In this document: in pieces, positions 32,276 to 41,786 of the stretch
Position numbering within the stretch: position 1 is the first letter of the stretch
How the letters are laid out: every line of letters starts with the position of its first letter
Source of the DNA: Roseibacillus sp.
GTDB lineage: Bacteria; Verrucomicrobiota; Verrucomicrobiia; Verrucomicrobiales; Akkermansiaceae
Assembly (NCBI GenBank): GCA_051251855.1
Contig: JBPOGI010000003.1
Location: 480,001 to 544,000, forward strand
Length of the DNA stretch: 64,000 bases
Direction of reading: 5' to 3'
The notes under the pieces: model-generated
Database searches by the model: none
Told to the model about the DNA's origin: nothing
The model's input: the letters and a program-made list of their open reading frames with translations, nothing else
Translations under genes and position numbers: made by a program

Positions 32276-33955
32276 TTAGGTTTTTTCTTTGAGGGGAAGG
32301 TTGATGGTGAGGCGGGTTCCTGTTTTTTGATCAGGGTTGTCGGTGATAGTGATGGTGCCTTTGTGGGCTTGCACGATGTGTTGGACCAGACTGAGACCAA
32401 TGCCGGTGCCGGTGACTTCGGTGTTGCGGTCGCGACGATAGAAGCGTTGGAAAACTTTGGTGCGTTCAGAAGCGGGGATGCCTGGGCCGGTGTCGGTGAT
32501 GATAAGCTTGAGGGTGTCTGGGCTTGTGGTGGCTGCGAGGGCGATGATTCCGGGGGCGGGGGTGAATTTGAGGGCGTTGTCGAGGAGGTTGAGGAGGAGT
32601 TGGCGGATGGCGAGGGAATCGAGATTGGGTGAGAAGTCCGTGGGGAGGTCGATGTTGGTGGTGAGGGTGTGCTTCTTTTGGTCGAGGTTGGGTTGGATGA
32701 GTTGAAGGGTTTCGGCGAGGAGCGCGGAGAGGTCGGTGGGCTCGAAGTGGTAGAGTTTGCGGCCTTTTTCGATGCGCGAGAAGTCGAGGATGTTTTCGAC
32801 GAGATTGCCGAGGCGTTGGCTCTCGTTGGAGATGAGACGGTGGTATTGGTCCGATTTTTCAGCTGGGAGAGTTTCCTTTTGGAGGCGTTCGGAGAGGAGG
32901 CGGATGGAGGTGATGGGGGTGCGGAGTTCATGGGAGACGCTGGCGACGAAGTCGGATTGCAGGGCGGAAAGTTGCTGTTGTTTGCGGAGGGTGAGGTAGG
33001 CGATGGTGGAGGCAAGGGCGGTGAGGAGAACGGTGAAGAGAAGAATCAACTTGAGGCGAGAGAGGCGTTCGTTGATGGAGGTTTGGATGAAGCTATCGTC
33101 AGGGTAGGCAGAGAGGGTGAAGTTTTCCGTTCGTTTCTGAGCGATCGCCTTCTTAAAATTGAATCTGTTAGGGGAACGATCCCACGAAAAATAGCGTATT
33201 CCTCCGGAAGGGTTGAGGTCTCCTTCCCAGAGATAGGTGAGCCATTCTGGGGGAGGGGAGACTTCGATACGATGTCGAATCTCCTCGGCGAGAAGCTTTG
33301 TGGAGATCACGGTAACTCCATCCTCGGTAAAACGAGCTTGGTCTCCGTCTTTGGGCCAATCATCGACCTTGCCTTGGGGGTAGGTGGAAAGACTACGAAG
33401 TTTTTCGTAGATTGGGATTTGGGAGGAGATTTCTTGAAGAAGTTGAGGGTCGGGCTTTTGCAGAAATGGTTTTGATTTTTCGAGAAGAAGAGGGGTGAGT
33501 TCGGTGGGGTGTTGGTGGAGGTTTTTGAGGAACAGAGCGGTGGTTTCGGGGGTGGGTTGCCGCTCAAGGAGGAGGACGAGGTGGTAGGTGATGAGGGTGG
33601 GGAGGTGTTGGCCGGAGGTGGTGTAAACTTCTGAGATGCCCGCTTTAATCAAGAGCACCTGGAGGTCGTAGACGCCCTTCTTGGGAGGGAGTTCGCGAGC
33701 TTCGTGGTAGGCTTGAACGAGTTCGTGTTCGATAGTGGGAGGGGTGATGGGATAGCGGACGTGGAGGGCGACGGCGTTGTCGGCACGGGTGGGGTAGAAG
33801 AGACTTTCGTGAGCGGCGTCGACCCAAGCTTGCGCTTGCTCGCGGTAGCTGGTTTCGATGGCGACTCTCTCGTTCTGGAAGAGGCGTAGGGAAAGGGAGC
33901 CAAGGATGAGAACCGGAGCGAGAAAGAGGAGGGGGATGGCGAGGCGGCGCAGCAT
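32276..33955 (-). CDS. Membrane sensor histidine kinase
   Basis: Two TM segments, VSHELRTP H-box, NLLDNALKF, DTGPGI, GTGIGLSLV. Confidence 0.95.
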   Translation of the reverse strand: MLRRLAIPLLFLAPVLILGSLSLRLFQNERVAIETSYREQAQAWVDAAHESLFYPTRADNAVALHVRYPITPPTIEHELVQAYHEARELPPKKGVYDLQVLLIKAGISEVYTTSGQHLPTLITYHLVLLLERQPTPETTALFLKNLHQHPTELTPLLLEKSKPFLQKPDPQLLQEISSQIPIYEKLRSLSTYPQGKVDDWPKDGDQARFTEDGVTVISTKLLAEEIRHRIEVSPPPEWLTYLWEGDLNPSGGIRYFSWDRSPNRFNFKKAIAQKRTENFTLSAYPDDSFIQTSINERLSRLKLILLFTVLLTALASTIAYLTLRKQQQLSALQSDFVASVSHELRTPITSIRLLSERLQKETLPAEKSDQYHRLISNESQRLGNLVENILDFSRIEKGRKLYHFEPTDLSALLAETLQLIQPNLDQKKHTLTTNIDLPTDFSPNLDSLAIRQLLLNLLDNALKFTPAPGIIALAATTSPDTLKLIITDTGPGIPASERTKVFQRFYRRDRNTEVTGTGIGLSLVQHIVQAHKGTITITDNPDQKTGTRLTINLPLKEKT

Positions 33956-33986
33956 CTTAGTTTACTTGCTTGGGTGGCGTGGGGAC

Positions 33987-36900
33987 TCATCTTGCTGACG
34001 GCTTTTGAGGAGGGCCTTCGCCTTTTTCGTATGGGTTGATACGAATGAGCTTTTGGGAGGGGAAGAGGGTGATGTTTTTCCAATCTCTTGGGGTTTCTAG
34101 CTGAGCCGTAACTAAGTCAAGGGTGAGAGGAAGGGCTGGCGAATCTTGTTGGTCGAGGGGAGGGGCTTGCCAGATGATTCGGTTCTCTTCGCGAGTGAAG
34201 TCCGGGAAGCGAGGAGTCCATTGGTGTTGAACGGGGTCTTGCATCCCAATCTTGAGAGACCATGGCGTTGAGAGCGTTTCGGTGAAGATTTCATTGAGCC
34301 GATCGGGGAAGGGTGAGTCTTCTTGGGCGGGTGGAAGGACTAGTACGAAGCTGGCGTTCGGATCGATTTGAGGAGGAGAAGTGAGAAAAAATTCTTCAAG
34401 GGAGAAATGTTTCATTTTCTTTCCATGAGGCTGATTTACGCCCTGATGAAAGAGGACGTGAGCCTTCTTCCAATCGATGGGCTGAAGGGGGATTCCATGA
34501 GGTTGAAGCAAGGCCAGAAACACGGCGGCTCTTCCATCGTGGGGAAGCCAATTTACCATTTCTGATAAGCTGAAGCTCATGGAGCTAAATTTTTCTGAGC
34601 TGATTTCCCAGAAGGGACCCTCAAGGCTTTGGCAGATTCGACCTGTGTTGCTCTTGGGGATGACCGGTCCAGGTTGGGGCGTATGCACGTGGAAGTGGAT
34701 ACGATCACCTGAGACGACATGAGTGGAGTCGATGGGGACGAGTTTTCCGGTATCGGGGTTGGGACGAAGGAGTATGCAGTTGTTTAGAAAGAGAGGGGCA
34801 ATGCCAGTAGCAATGCGAACCCTTTCCGTTGAGTATCGAGAAGATTTGGGTTGGTAGCGGAAAATTGGGCCTGTCGGATTGTTCGTGTTAGTGAGGATTT
34901 GATTGTCGCCGAGGGTAATGGCAAGGTCGATGGGGCGAGGGGCTTGGAGGAAGATGGTGACTTCGTCTTTAGGACGTTTGGAATCGATGTGGCGGCTGGG
35001 AATTTCGATGATGTCGCCCCATTGGAGGGCGAAGTCTTGGCCAGAGGCAAGGTGTTCGCGGAAGAGAATGGAGGTAGGCTCGGCTTCGTTGAGGCGGTAG
35101 ACGAGAAGGGGTTGGTCGCCGGAGAAATTAAATAGGCGATCTCTTTCTTGATTGGCTCGATGGAGGAAATCTTTGAGAGTGGTTGGAACGGAGGCGCTTT
35201 CTTTGGAGAGGAGGCAGCGGAAGATGGGTTCTTGGTCGGTCTGGAGGGAGGTGAATCCTTGGGAGAGCCAGAGACCGTTGGGGCGATGAGGGTTGTTGGA
35301 GGGGTCAAAGTGAGCGGCTTGCCAGAGGTGGTGGAAGCATTCAGAGAGGGCGTTTGGAATTTGATTTTCACGACCAAAATAATCTCTTTTCTCCAAGTGT
35401 TTGACGACTTCGGGATTGGCTCCAGCCTGGAGAAGAATTTGAATGGCTTTCGCTTCGTAGGTGGAGTCTCGATCGTCTCTTGAAAGAAAAAGGGCAAGAG
35501 GTTCGCCCGCAAAGGGAGTAAAGTTAGAACTTGGAGGTCTACTTGATAGGGAAATGATTGGGCCGAAATTGGGGTCTGCACCGGCTTTTAAAAGCTGGTT
35601 CAAGATATGAAGGGCTGTTTGCTGACCGTTGGAATAATGAAAGCCGTATTGAGCGAGGAACTGGAGGGGAGTATGCTTTTCTCGAGTCTCTTTTCCTGAA
35701 ACTTGAAAGGAGGAAGACTGATAGTTGAGATCGGGGTTGGTAGCTAAAACTTGCTCGAGGCATGTGAGAATTTTCTGTGCGTCCTCTCGCAGGCCAAACG
35801 ACTTCGAATTTTTCGAATATCGGCAAAAGAGATTTTGGATAAGGTTGTGGGTGGCGCTTTTATAAGGGACAAGGCCGTGGTCGATGAGGGTTTTGAGGGC
35901 GTTTGGGTTGGCGGCCTTGACTGCGTTGTCGATGGCTAATTGCTTGGCATCTTTTGGGAGCGTTTCGAGGACTCCGGCTTGAATCATGTTGTCGAACCAC
36001 TTTTGAGATCCGAGTTCGATGGCGCGCGCGAGAATGGTGGGTTCCGCTTTGTTCCAGTCGGCTCCGGACCGGAGTAGGGTTTGGGTAGCTTTGTTGGCTA
36101 TTTCTTTTTGTTCGTCTTGGGTGAGGAAATTCAAGGCTTGGGCCAGAGGCGACAAACGATTTGAGCCTGATTTTAGATTTGGGTCCGCTCCCGCTGCGAG
36201 GAGTGCCTCAATTTTTGCGAACTTGGTGCCTTGCTCTTTTTGGTCTTTGAGGGTCTCTAGCAGGTAAGCAAGAGGAGAGATCTGAAACTTTTGACTGTCG
36301 TAAGAATGCGGAAGGGTGACCGTTAATGTGTGGTCAGGGTTGGCTCCGTGTTCGAGGAGGAGCTCGAGAAGGGGGAACTTTTTTTGATTGGAATCGAGAG
36401 TGGCCAGGAGAGGAGGCGCTTCGAGAACGGGGTTGATGATTGCTGGTTTTTGGGATTTTGGGAGGGCGTTAAGAAGCTGGGAGAGACTCTTCTGGCCATT
36501 TGAGGACTGGATGGCTTTGGTAAGATGAGATGAGTAGGGAATGAGTCCAAGGGAAAGGAGGTAATCGATGATGGATTGGTGGCCTTGTCCCAAAGCATAG
36601 TCGAGAGCTTGCGGGCCTTCTTGTTCGAGATTAGCTCCCCGTTTGATAAGAAGCTCGCACATCGCCCTGTGACCATTGTGGGCAGCCTCTTGCAGAGGTG
36701 TTCTGTTACCGTTGATTCGCGAGACATCGGCGCCAGCATCAAGGAGGAAGGCGGCGACTTTGAGTTGGCTTTTCTGGGCTGCTAACTGAAGAGGGCCGGT
36801 GTTGAGGAGGTCAGGACTTTCGGCGAGGAGCTTTTTGAGTTCGGCGATTTTTTGATCTTGGGGGTCGATGGGGGCGGGGGAATCGGGATTGGAGGGAGAA

Positions 36901-37238
36901 GCGGGCTCTTGGCCCAGGGCGGTGAGGTTTTCTTGCGCGAGTTTGGTGAGGTTCTTGTCTTCGGGGTAGCGGGTGAGGAGGGTTTGGTAGGTGGTGATGG
37001 CTTCGTCGGTGCGGTCGAGCTTGCGGAGGCATTCGGCTTGGCGGTAGAGGGTGCGGGCGGCGAGTTGGCGTTGCTTTTGGAATTTATCGCTGAGCTTGCG
37101 GTAGCTCTCGAGGGCGGCTTCTGGGTCGCCGTCGACTTCTTCGGAGTAGAGGGCTTCACGAAAGGAGTCTTCGAGGGAGGGGGGCTCCTGCGCCTGGGTG
37201 GTGAGAAGGAGCAGGAAGAGGGTGAAGAGTGTTTTCAT
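33987..37238 (-). CDS. Exported TPR + ankyrin-repeat protein
   Basis: Signal peptide MKTLFTLFLLLL; TPR-like LYRQAECLRKL..YQTLLTRYP; ankyrin units TPLQEAA, LLEHGANPD, LLAAGADPN. Confidence 0.82.
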   Translation of the reverse strand: MKTLFTLFLLLLTTQAQEPPSLEDSFREALYSEEVDGDPEAALESYRKLSDKFQKQRQLAARTLYRQAECLRKLDRTDEAITTYQTLLTRYPEDKNLTKLAQENLTALGQEPASPSNPDSPAPIDPQDQKIAELKKLLAESPDLLNTGPLQLAAQKSQLKVAAFLLDAGADVSRINGNRTPLQEAAHNGHRAMCELLIKRGANLEQEGPQALDYALGQGHQSIIDYLLSLGLIPYSSHLTKAIQSSNGQKSLSQLLNALPKSQKPAIINPVLEAPPLLATLDSNQKKFPLLELLLEHGANPDHTLTVTLPHSYDSQKFQISPLAYLLETLKDQKEQGTKFAKIEALLAAGADPNLKSGSNRLSPLAQALNFLTQDEQKEIANKATQTLLRSGADWNKAEPTILARAIELGSQKWFDNMIQAGVLETLPKDAKQLAIDNAVKAANPNALKTLIDHGLVPYKSATHNLIQNLFCRYSKNSKSFGLREDAQKILTCLEQVLATNPDLNYQSSSFQVSGKETREKHTPLQFLAQYGFHYSNGQQTALHILNQLLKAGADPNFGPIISLSSRPPSSNFTPFAGEPLALFLSRDDRDSTYEAKAIQILLQAGANPEVVKHLEKRDYFGRENQIPNALSECFHHLWQAAHFDPSNNPHRPNGLWLSQGFTSLQTDQEPIFRCLLSKESASVPTTLKDFLHRANQERDRLFNFSGDQPLLVYRLNEAEPTSILFREHLASGQDFALQWGDIIEIPSRHIDSKRPKDEVTIFLQAPRPIDLAITLGDNQILTNTNNPTGPIFRYQPKSSRYSTERVRIATGIAPLFLNNCILLRPNPDTGKLVPIDSTHVVSGDRIHFHVHTPQPGPVIPKSNTGRICQSLEGPFWEISSEKFSSMSFSLSEMVNWLPHDGRAAVFLALLQPHGIPLQPIDWKKAHVLFHQGVNQPHGKKMKHFSLEEFFLTSPPQIDPNASFVLVLPPAQEDSPFPDRLNEIFTETLSTPWSLKIGMQDPVQHQWTPRFPDFTREENRIIWQAPPLDQQDSPALPLTLDLVTAQLETPRDWKNITLFPSQKLIRINPYEKGEGPPQKPSAR

Positions 37239-37309
37239 GATGAAAGAGGAAAGCATTTTGAAGGAGGGGGAGTTGTCATGGAATGGTAAAGTTTGGGGAT
37301 AAGTTGCCC

Positions 37310-37389
37310 GACTAGTATGGGTTCACCGCAGAGTCGCAGAGGTCGCAGAGTGAACACAGAGGACGGACCGGTGTGTTTTTTGAGTTTTG
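37310..37389 (+). repeat. CGCAGAG-unit repeat, solo copy B
   Basis: GACTAGT..TTCACCGCAGAGTCGCAGAGGTCGCAGAGTGAACACAGAGGACGGAC..GTGTTTTTTGAG; direct repeat of copy A. Confidence 0.9.
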
Positions 37390-37490
37390 GAGAGAGACTT
37401 GGTTGGACGGGACGAATTTTGGTGTTTCTTTCGAGGAGAGGACGGCTTTTGGGGGTTGCCTCTGCTGGGGATGGGGGTAAGTTTCCGCCC

Positions 37491-38444
37491 ATGAGCGGTT
37501 GCGCTGGAGCCAGTGGGAAAAAAGGACTTCGTCCGGGGGATTTCGGTCCTCGCATGCGGATGGATGCGAGTCTGCACTTGGATAAGAAACCAGATTGGAT
37601 TCGGGTGAAGCTACCGAATAATCCTGTCTTCTGGGATACCAAGTCGATGGTGAAGGATCTGAATCTGGTGACCGTTTGTGAGGAGGCGCAGTGCCCAAAC
37701 CGCTGGGAGTGCTGGGGGCAGGGAACGGCGACCTTTATGATTGCGGGTGAGAAGTGCACTCGTGCTTGTGGATTCTGTGCTGTGAAGACGGCGAAGCCGG
37801 ATGCGCTGGAGGAAGATGAGCCCCAGCGGGTGGCGGAGGCGACGAAGCGGATGAAGCTGAATCACGTCGTCATTACGGCGGTGGCGCGCGATGACCTCGA
37901 AGACGGGGGTGCGGAGCATTTTGAAAAGACAATTGAGGCGGTGCGCGAGGTGAACCCAGGGATTACGATTGAGGTTCTGGTGCCGGACTTTAACGATAAG
38001 GATTGGGCGCTGGAGATGGTGATGCGCGCCAAGCCGCAGATTTTTAATCATAACCTTGAGACGGTTCGTCGCTTGACTCCGTTGGTGCGGAGTCGGGCTC
38101 AGTATGATCGTTCTTTGGCGGTCTTGAAAAAGGCGAAGGAGATGGCTCCGGGTAAGGTGGCGACCAAGAGTGGAATTATGCTTGGGTTGGGTGAGCGTGA
38201 TGAAGAAATCGAGCAAGCGATGGATGACCTCCGTGCGGCGGATGTGACGGTTTTGACCTTAGGTCAGTATTTGCGGCCGACGCCGATGCATTTGCCAGTG
38301 GTGGAGTATGTCACTCCCGAGAAGTTTGCGGAGTGGAAGACGATTGCGGAGAGCAAGGGCTTCCGACACGTGGCGAGTGGTCCGTTGGTGCGGAGTTCGT
38401 ATCACGCGGCGGACTTTAAGCCGGAGCTGGATTTGGAGGATTGA
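37491..38444 (+). CDS. lipA: Lipoyl synthase
   Basis: CEEAQCPNRWEC, CTRACGFC, RSSYHA; start uncertain. Confidence 0.96.
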   Translation: MSGCAGASGKKGLRPGDFGPRMRMDASLHLDKKPDWIRVKLPNNPVFWDTKSMVKDLNLVTVCEEAQCPNRWECWGQGTATFMIAGEKCTRACGFCAVKTAKPDALEEDEPQRVAEATKRMKLNHVVITAVARDDLEDGGAEHFEKTIEAVREVNPGITIEVLVPDFNDKDWALEMVMRAKPQIFNHNLETVRRLTPLVRSRAQYDRSLAVLKKAKEMAPGKVATKSGIMLGLGERDEEIEQAMDDLRAADVTVLTLGQYLRPTPMHLPVVEYVTPEKFAEWKTIAESKGFRHVASGPLVRSSYHAADFKPELDLED

Positions 38445-38451
38445 GATTCTG

Positions 38452-38532
38452 CGTAGCCGAGTTGGTGACAACTCGGGCGGGGTAGATATTCTTGGGGTCA
38501 ACTCTGCCAGAATTGTCACCAATTCAGCTACG
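38452..38532. repeat. GTAG-type REP doublet (REPIN-like) between convergent genes
   Basis: CGTAGCCGAGTTGGTGACAACTCGGG and an inverted copy (reverse complement CGTAGCTGAATTGGTGACAATTCTGG); each unit is internally palindromic. Confidence 0.8.
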
Positions 38533-38540
38533 GGAGAACT

Positions 38541-39401
38541 TTAGAAGCCTTTGCGCCAGAGAAAGTCTAACCCGTAGTCGGGGTAGTAGCTTTGCACGAT
38601 GAAGGCGACGAGGAAGTAGTCGACGATGAGGTGTACGATGAGCACCCAGAGGAGGCTTTCCGATTTTTCGAACATGGCTCCTTGGGTCCAGGCGAAGAGA
38701 AAGACGACGAAGAAGCCGCAGCCGACGAAGGCCATGTCGAAGAGGACGGCGGTGTAAAGGACAGCTTGGAGTAGGTTGGCGGTGCGGTAGCGAAAGAGGC
38801 TACGGAGGACTGCGAAGCAGGTGTTGACGAAAAAGAGCTCGTCCCAGATACCAACCATGTTGATGCCAATGAAGAGGCGGCGGATTTCTTTATCGTCGGC
38901 TTCGGCGGGCATGGCCCATTGGCGGAAGAGTTCGTTGTCGAAGAACTCGCGGTTACCCCACTCGTAGGATTTGAGGACGACCCAAGCGAGGGGGATGGAG
39001 AGAATGGTGTAGATGAGGTCTTGCTTGCGCCAATGCACGGGCCAGAAGCGGAAGCGGATGAGGCCTTTGTCGCCGCTGAAATGGAGCACGAGGGCGGGCG
39101 CAACGATGGCGAGGGTGAAGGCGATGGAGAGAACGAGGAAGTTTTCGTTAGAGAGAGAGGGGTTGATATCGAGAGCGGCTAAGAAGACTACGAGCCCCAT
39201 CATCACTCCCATGCGACGGCGCAGTTTGGCCTCGGGATCAGTGCCGATGAGCCATGAAGCAACCAATGCGAAAACTCCACCGGCGAGGAATTGGTGGGCT
39301 GGGATCAGGAGGACCGTCGCGAGTGCGAAGCAGACCAGCATGACCTTGCGGCGGGTTGTCAGTTCGAGGTCGAGCCGTTCCATCGTTTCCATCGGGCCCA
39401 C
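38541..39401 (-). CDS. CPBP (Abi/CAAX) family intramembrane protease
   Basis: Multi-TM; GIWDELFF and SLLWVLIVHLIVD motifs; start may be ATG 39392. Confidence 0.7.
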   Translation of the reverse strand: MGPMETMERLDLELTTRRKVMLVCFALATVLLIPAHQFLAGGVFALVASWLIGTDPEAKLRRRMGVMMGLVVFLAALDINPSLSNENFLVLSIAFTLAIVAPALVLHFSGDKGLIRFRFWPVHWRKQDLIYTILSIPLAWVVLKSYEWGNREFFDNELFRQWAMPAEADDKEIRRLFIGINMVGIWDELFFVNTCFAVLRSLFRYRTANLLQAVLYTAVLFDMAFVGCGFFVVFLFAWTQGAMFEKSESLLWVLIVHLIVDYFLVAFIVQSYYPDYGLDFLWRKGF

Positions 39402-39448
39402 TGTCGCGTGCGACGAATTTGTGACAAGGGCAAAGCCTCGCTCTCTTC

Positions 39449-40486
39449 CTATCGTGCTGCTGGGGCGGGAGCAGGCACGTAGAGGGTGCCGTTCGCTGGG
39501 ATGCGAGAAGTGGCAGAGAGAGCGCAGTGATTGAGCTGATTAAGGGTGTCGACGTCGGTGCCCACTTTCTCAGCGATTTCGCCAAAGGAGGTGTTTTTGG
39601 GAATCTTGATGAGCATCTTGTGAGAAGGTGCTTGAGGCTGTGGAGGAGTAGGAGCGGACTTATATTGTGGCGTAAGTTGCGATTGAGGAGTTGCCTGAGG
39701 TTCGCGCTGAATGGAGCGCAACGGCGGGGAAGCGTAACCAGCGGGCTGCTGGTTGTTGGCTGGGCTTGAGTAAGTGCTCGGGATGTTCAGTCTTTTGCCA
39801 ACCCTCATCCGAGCGGGATCGATGCCTGGGTTGGCGGACATCAGTTGGCTGAGACCAAGCCCGTAGCGTTCGGCAATTTGAGAGAGGGTGTCTCCCGACT
39901 GCACAGTGTAGCTGCGGGCACGGGCTTGAGCTTGGGCGGTGAATTGGGCCGCTTGAGAGGCACTGGGAATGGTCAACCTTTTGCCGATACGCAGTCGGAG
40001 AGGGTCGGTGCCGGGGTTAGCTGTGAGGAGGGAGCTTACGGAGATTCCATAGGCTTCTGCGATCTCGGAAAGTGTGTCGCCGCTGCTGATGCTATGGGCG
40101 CGAGTTTGATTGGAGGCGCCGAGTCGTTGTTGAGGGGCCTCGTCCCAGCGGTGAGTTACCACAGGATTGTTCGGCATGATAACCACTTGCTGTGGGGACT
40201 GCTGTTGAGGTTGATAGGCGGTGGCAGCTTGTGATATTGGGCGGTTGGCGACTTCTTCAATCCGTTTGAGTTGATTGGTAAAGAGAAGGCGCATCTCGTG
40301 GAGCTCGGTTTCGAGGCGTCCAATGCGGTCGTTTTGAGTCTTGAGTCGATCTTCGACTAAGCTTGGAGAAGCTGGGCTTGAGGAATTGCTGGGAGCGGGG
40401 CCTACATTCGACTGTGGTGCGGTGCCTTCCGGGATGCAGGAAACGAGGAGGCAGGAAGTTACCAAGAGTGAAAGAATAAGGCGCAT
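39449..40486 (-). CDS. LysM peptidoglycan-binding lipoprotein
   Basis: Lipobox LVSC; two clear LysM units (GDTLSEIAEAYG, GDTLSQIAERYG) and a degenerate third. Confidence 0.88.
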   Translation of the reverse strand: MRLILSLLVTSCLLVSCIPEGTAPQSNVGPAPSNSSSPASPSLVEDRLKTQNDRIGRLETELHEMRLLFTNQLKRIEEVANRPISQAATAYQPQQQSPQQVVIMPNNPVVTHRWDEAPQQRLGASNQTRAHSISSGDTLSEIAEAYGISVSSLLTANPGTDPLRLRIGKRLTIPSASQAAQFTAQAQARARSYTVQSGDTLSQIAERYGLGLSQLMSANPGIDPARMRVGKRLNIPSTYSSPANNQQPAGYASPPLRSIQREPQATPQSQLTPQYKSAPTPPQPQAPSHKMLIKIPKNTSFGEIAEKVGTDVDTLNQLNHCALSATSRIPANGTLYVPAPAPAAR

Positions 40487-40717
40487 AAGAGTCGAGTGGT
40501 TTGGCTCGTTAAATATTTTATAAAACTTAACTAATGTCGAGCCAATTCTCTTATTTTTGAATGCGATCGGTGGGAAAATCACCAATTTATCAGCATTACG
40601 GAGTTTTCTGTGGTGAGGAAAGTTTTATGAATTTAGGGAGAATACCCTGCTTTGGTGGTTTCAAAACGGTCTTCTGTTCTTTGCAGATGTCCTGAAATGG
40701 ATAGGCTAGATGTTGAA

Positions 40718-41782
40718 ATGAAATTAAAAACTCTCGTTCTTGCCGGACTGATGCTCTTCGGAAGTCCTCTTCTCGCTAAAACATATCAAGCTCTCACTTT
40801 GGCGGGTGAAGTCTTTGCCGCCGCGGCACCAGTCCAGACGAATCACACTCCTGAGGAGATGGTGGCGGCCGCGGAGAGCTTTCTGAAGTCTTTGACTCCC
40901 GAAGAGCGAGTACAGGCATTGCTTCCTCTCGATGATCCAGAGCGACAGAAATGGACGAATGTTCCAACGAAGGCGGATGATGGCGGTTTACGCTTGGGTG
41001 ATTTGACCAAAGAGCAGCTGGAAGGAGCCAGCGCCTTTCTATCGACGGTGTTGAGCAAGGAGGGTTATTTGATGGCTCGCAATGTGATGCTAGCAGATGA
41101 CCTTTTGTTAAGGTCGAAGGAGCAGGCGAATCGCCGAGGCGGTTTTGGGACCGCTAATTTTTGGATTGCAGTCTTTGGGACGCCATCGAAGACGGAGCCA
41201 TGGGCGGTTCAGTTAGATGGTCATCACATTGCCTTTAACCTGACGATTGTGGGGGAGCAGGTGTCGATGTCGCCTTCGTTCATCGGGACTCAGCCTCATC
41301 GCTTTACTTTGGGAGAGGAAGAAATTGTCCCCATGGGGGCGGAGACGGAAGCTGCCTATGCCCTGATGGCGAGTTTATCTGAAGATCAGAAAAAGGAAGC
41401 GATTCAGGGAAAGAAAAGGGGGCGTATGGAGGCCGGGCCAGGGGCCGATGGCAAAAAGCCAAAGCAGCGAGGATTGTCTTGTGAAACTTTGACTCAAGAG
41501 CAGCGGGGACTTCTTTTGAAGTTGGTATCCTTGTGGATCGACGACTTGCCGAAGAATTCCTATTTTGCCCGTTTGGCTGAAATTGAAGCACAGCTGGATG
41601 AGACGGTATTTCTCTGGCAGGGGCCACATGTGCCGGGTAGTGATGCCTCGTTTCATATTTTCGGGCCAGGTTTGATTATCGAATACGCGGGGCAGAACTT
41701 GGGCGGCGATCCGTTGGACCATTTGCATTCGATCTATCGCGATCCGACGAATGAGTATGGGGTGAAGTGGATCGGAGAGTGA
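40718..41782 (+). CDS. DUF3500 domain protein
   Basis: WTNVP, GLRLGDL, FGTPS..W..DGHH, HLHSIYRDPTNEYG. Confidence 0.82.
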   Translation: MKLKTLVLAGLMLFGSPLLAKTYQALTLAGEVFAAAAPVQTNHTPEEMVAAAESFLKSLTPEERVQALLPLDDPERQKWTNVPTKADDGGLRLGDLTKEQLEGASAFLSTVLSKEGYLMARNVMLADDLLLRSKEQANRRGGFGTANFWIAVFGTPSKTEPWAVQLDGHHIAFNLTIVGEQVSMSPSFIGTQPHRFTLGEEEIVPMGAETEAAYALMASLSEDQKKEAIQGKKRGRMEAGPGADGKKPKQRGLSCETLTQEQRGLLLKLVSLWIDDLPKNSYFARLAEIEAQLDETVFLWQGPHVPGSDASFHIFGPGLIIEYAGQNLGGDPLDHLHSIYRDPTNEYGVKWIGE

Positions 41783-41786
41783 AAGA

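Noticed and set aside
37293..37490. N-terminal extension of the LipA ORF
   Set aside because: It reads through repeat copy B and the promoter region; the true start is probably 37491 or later
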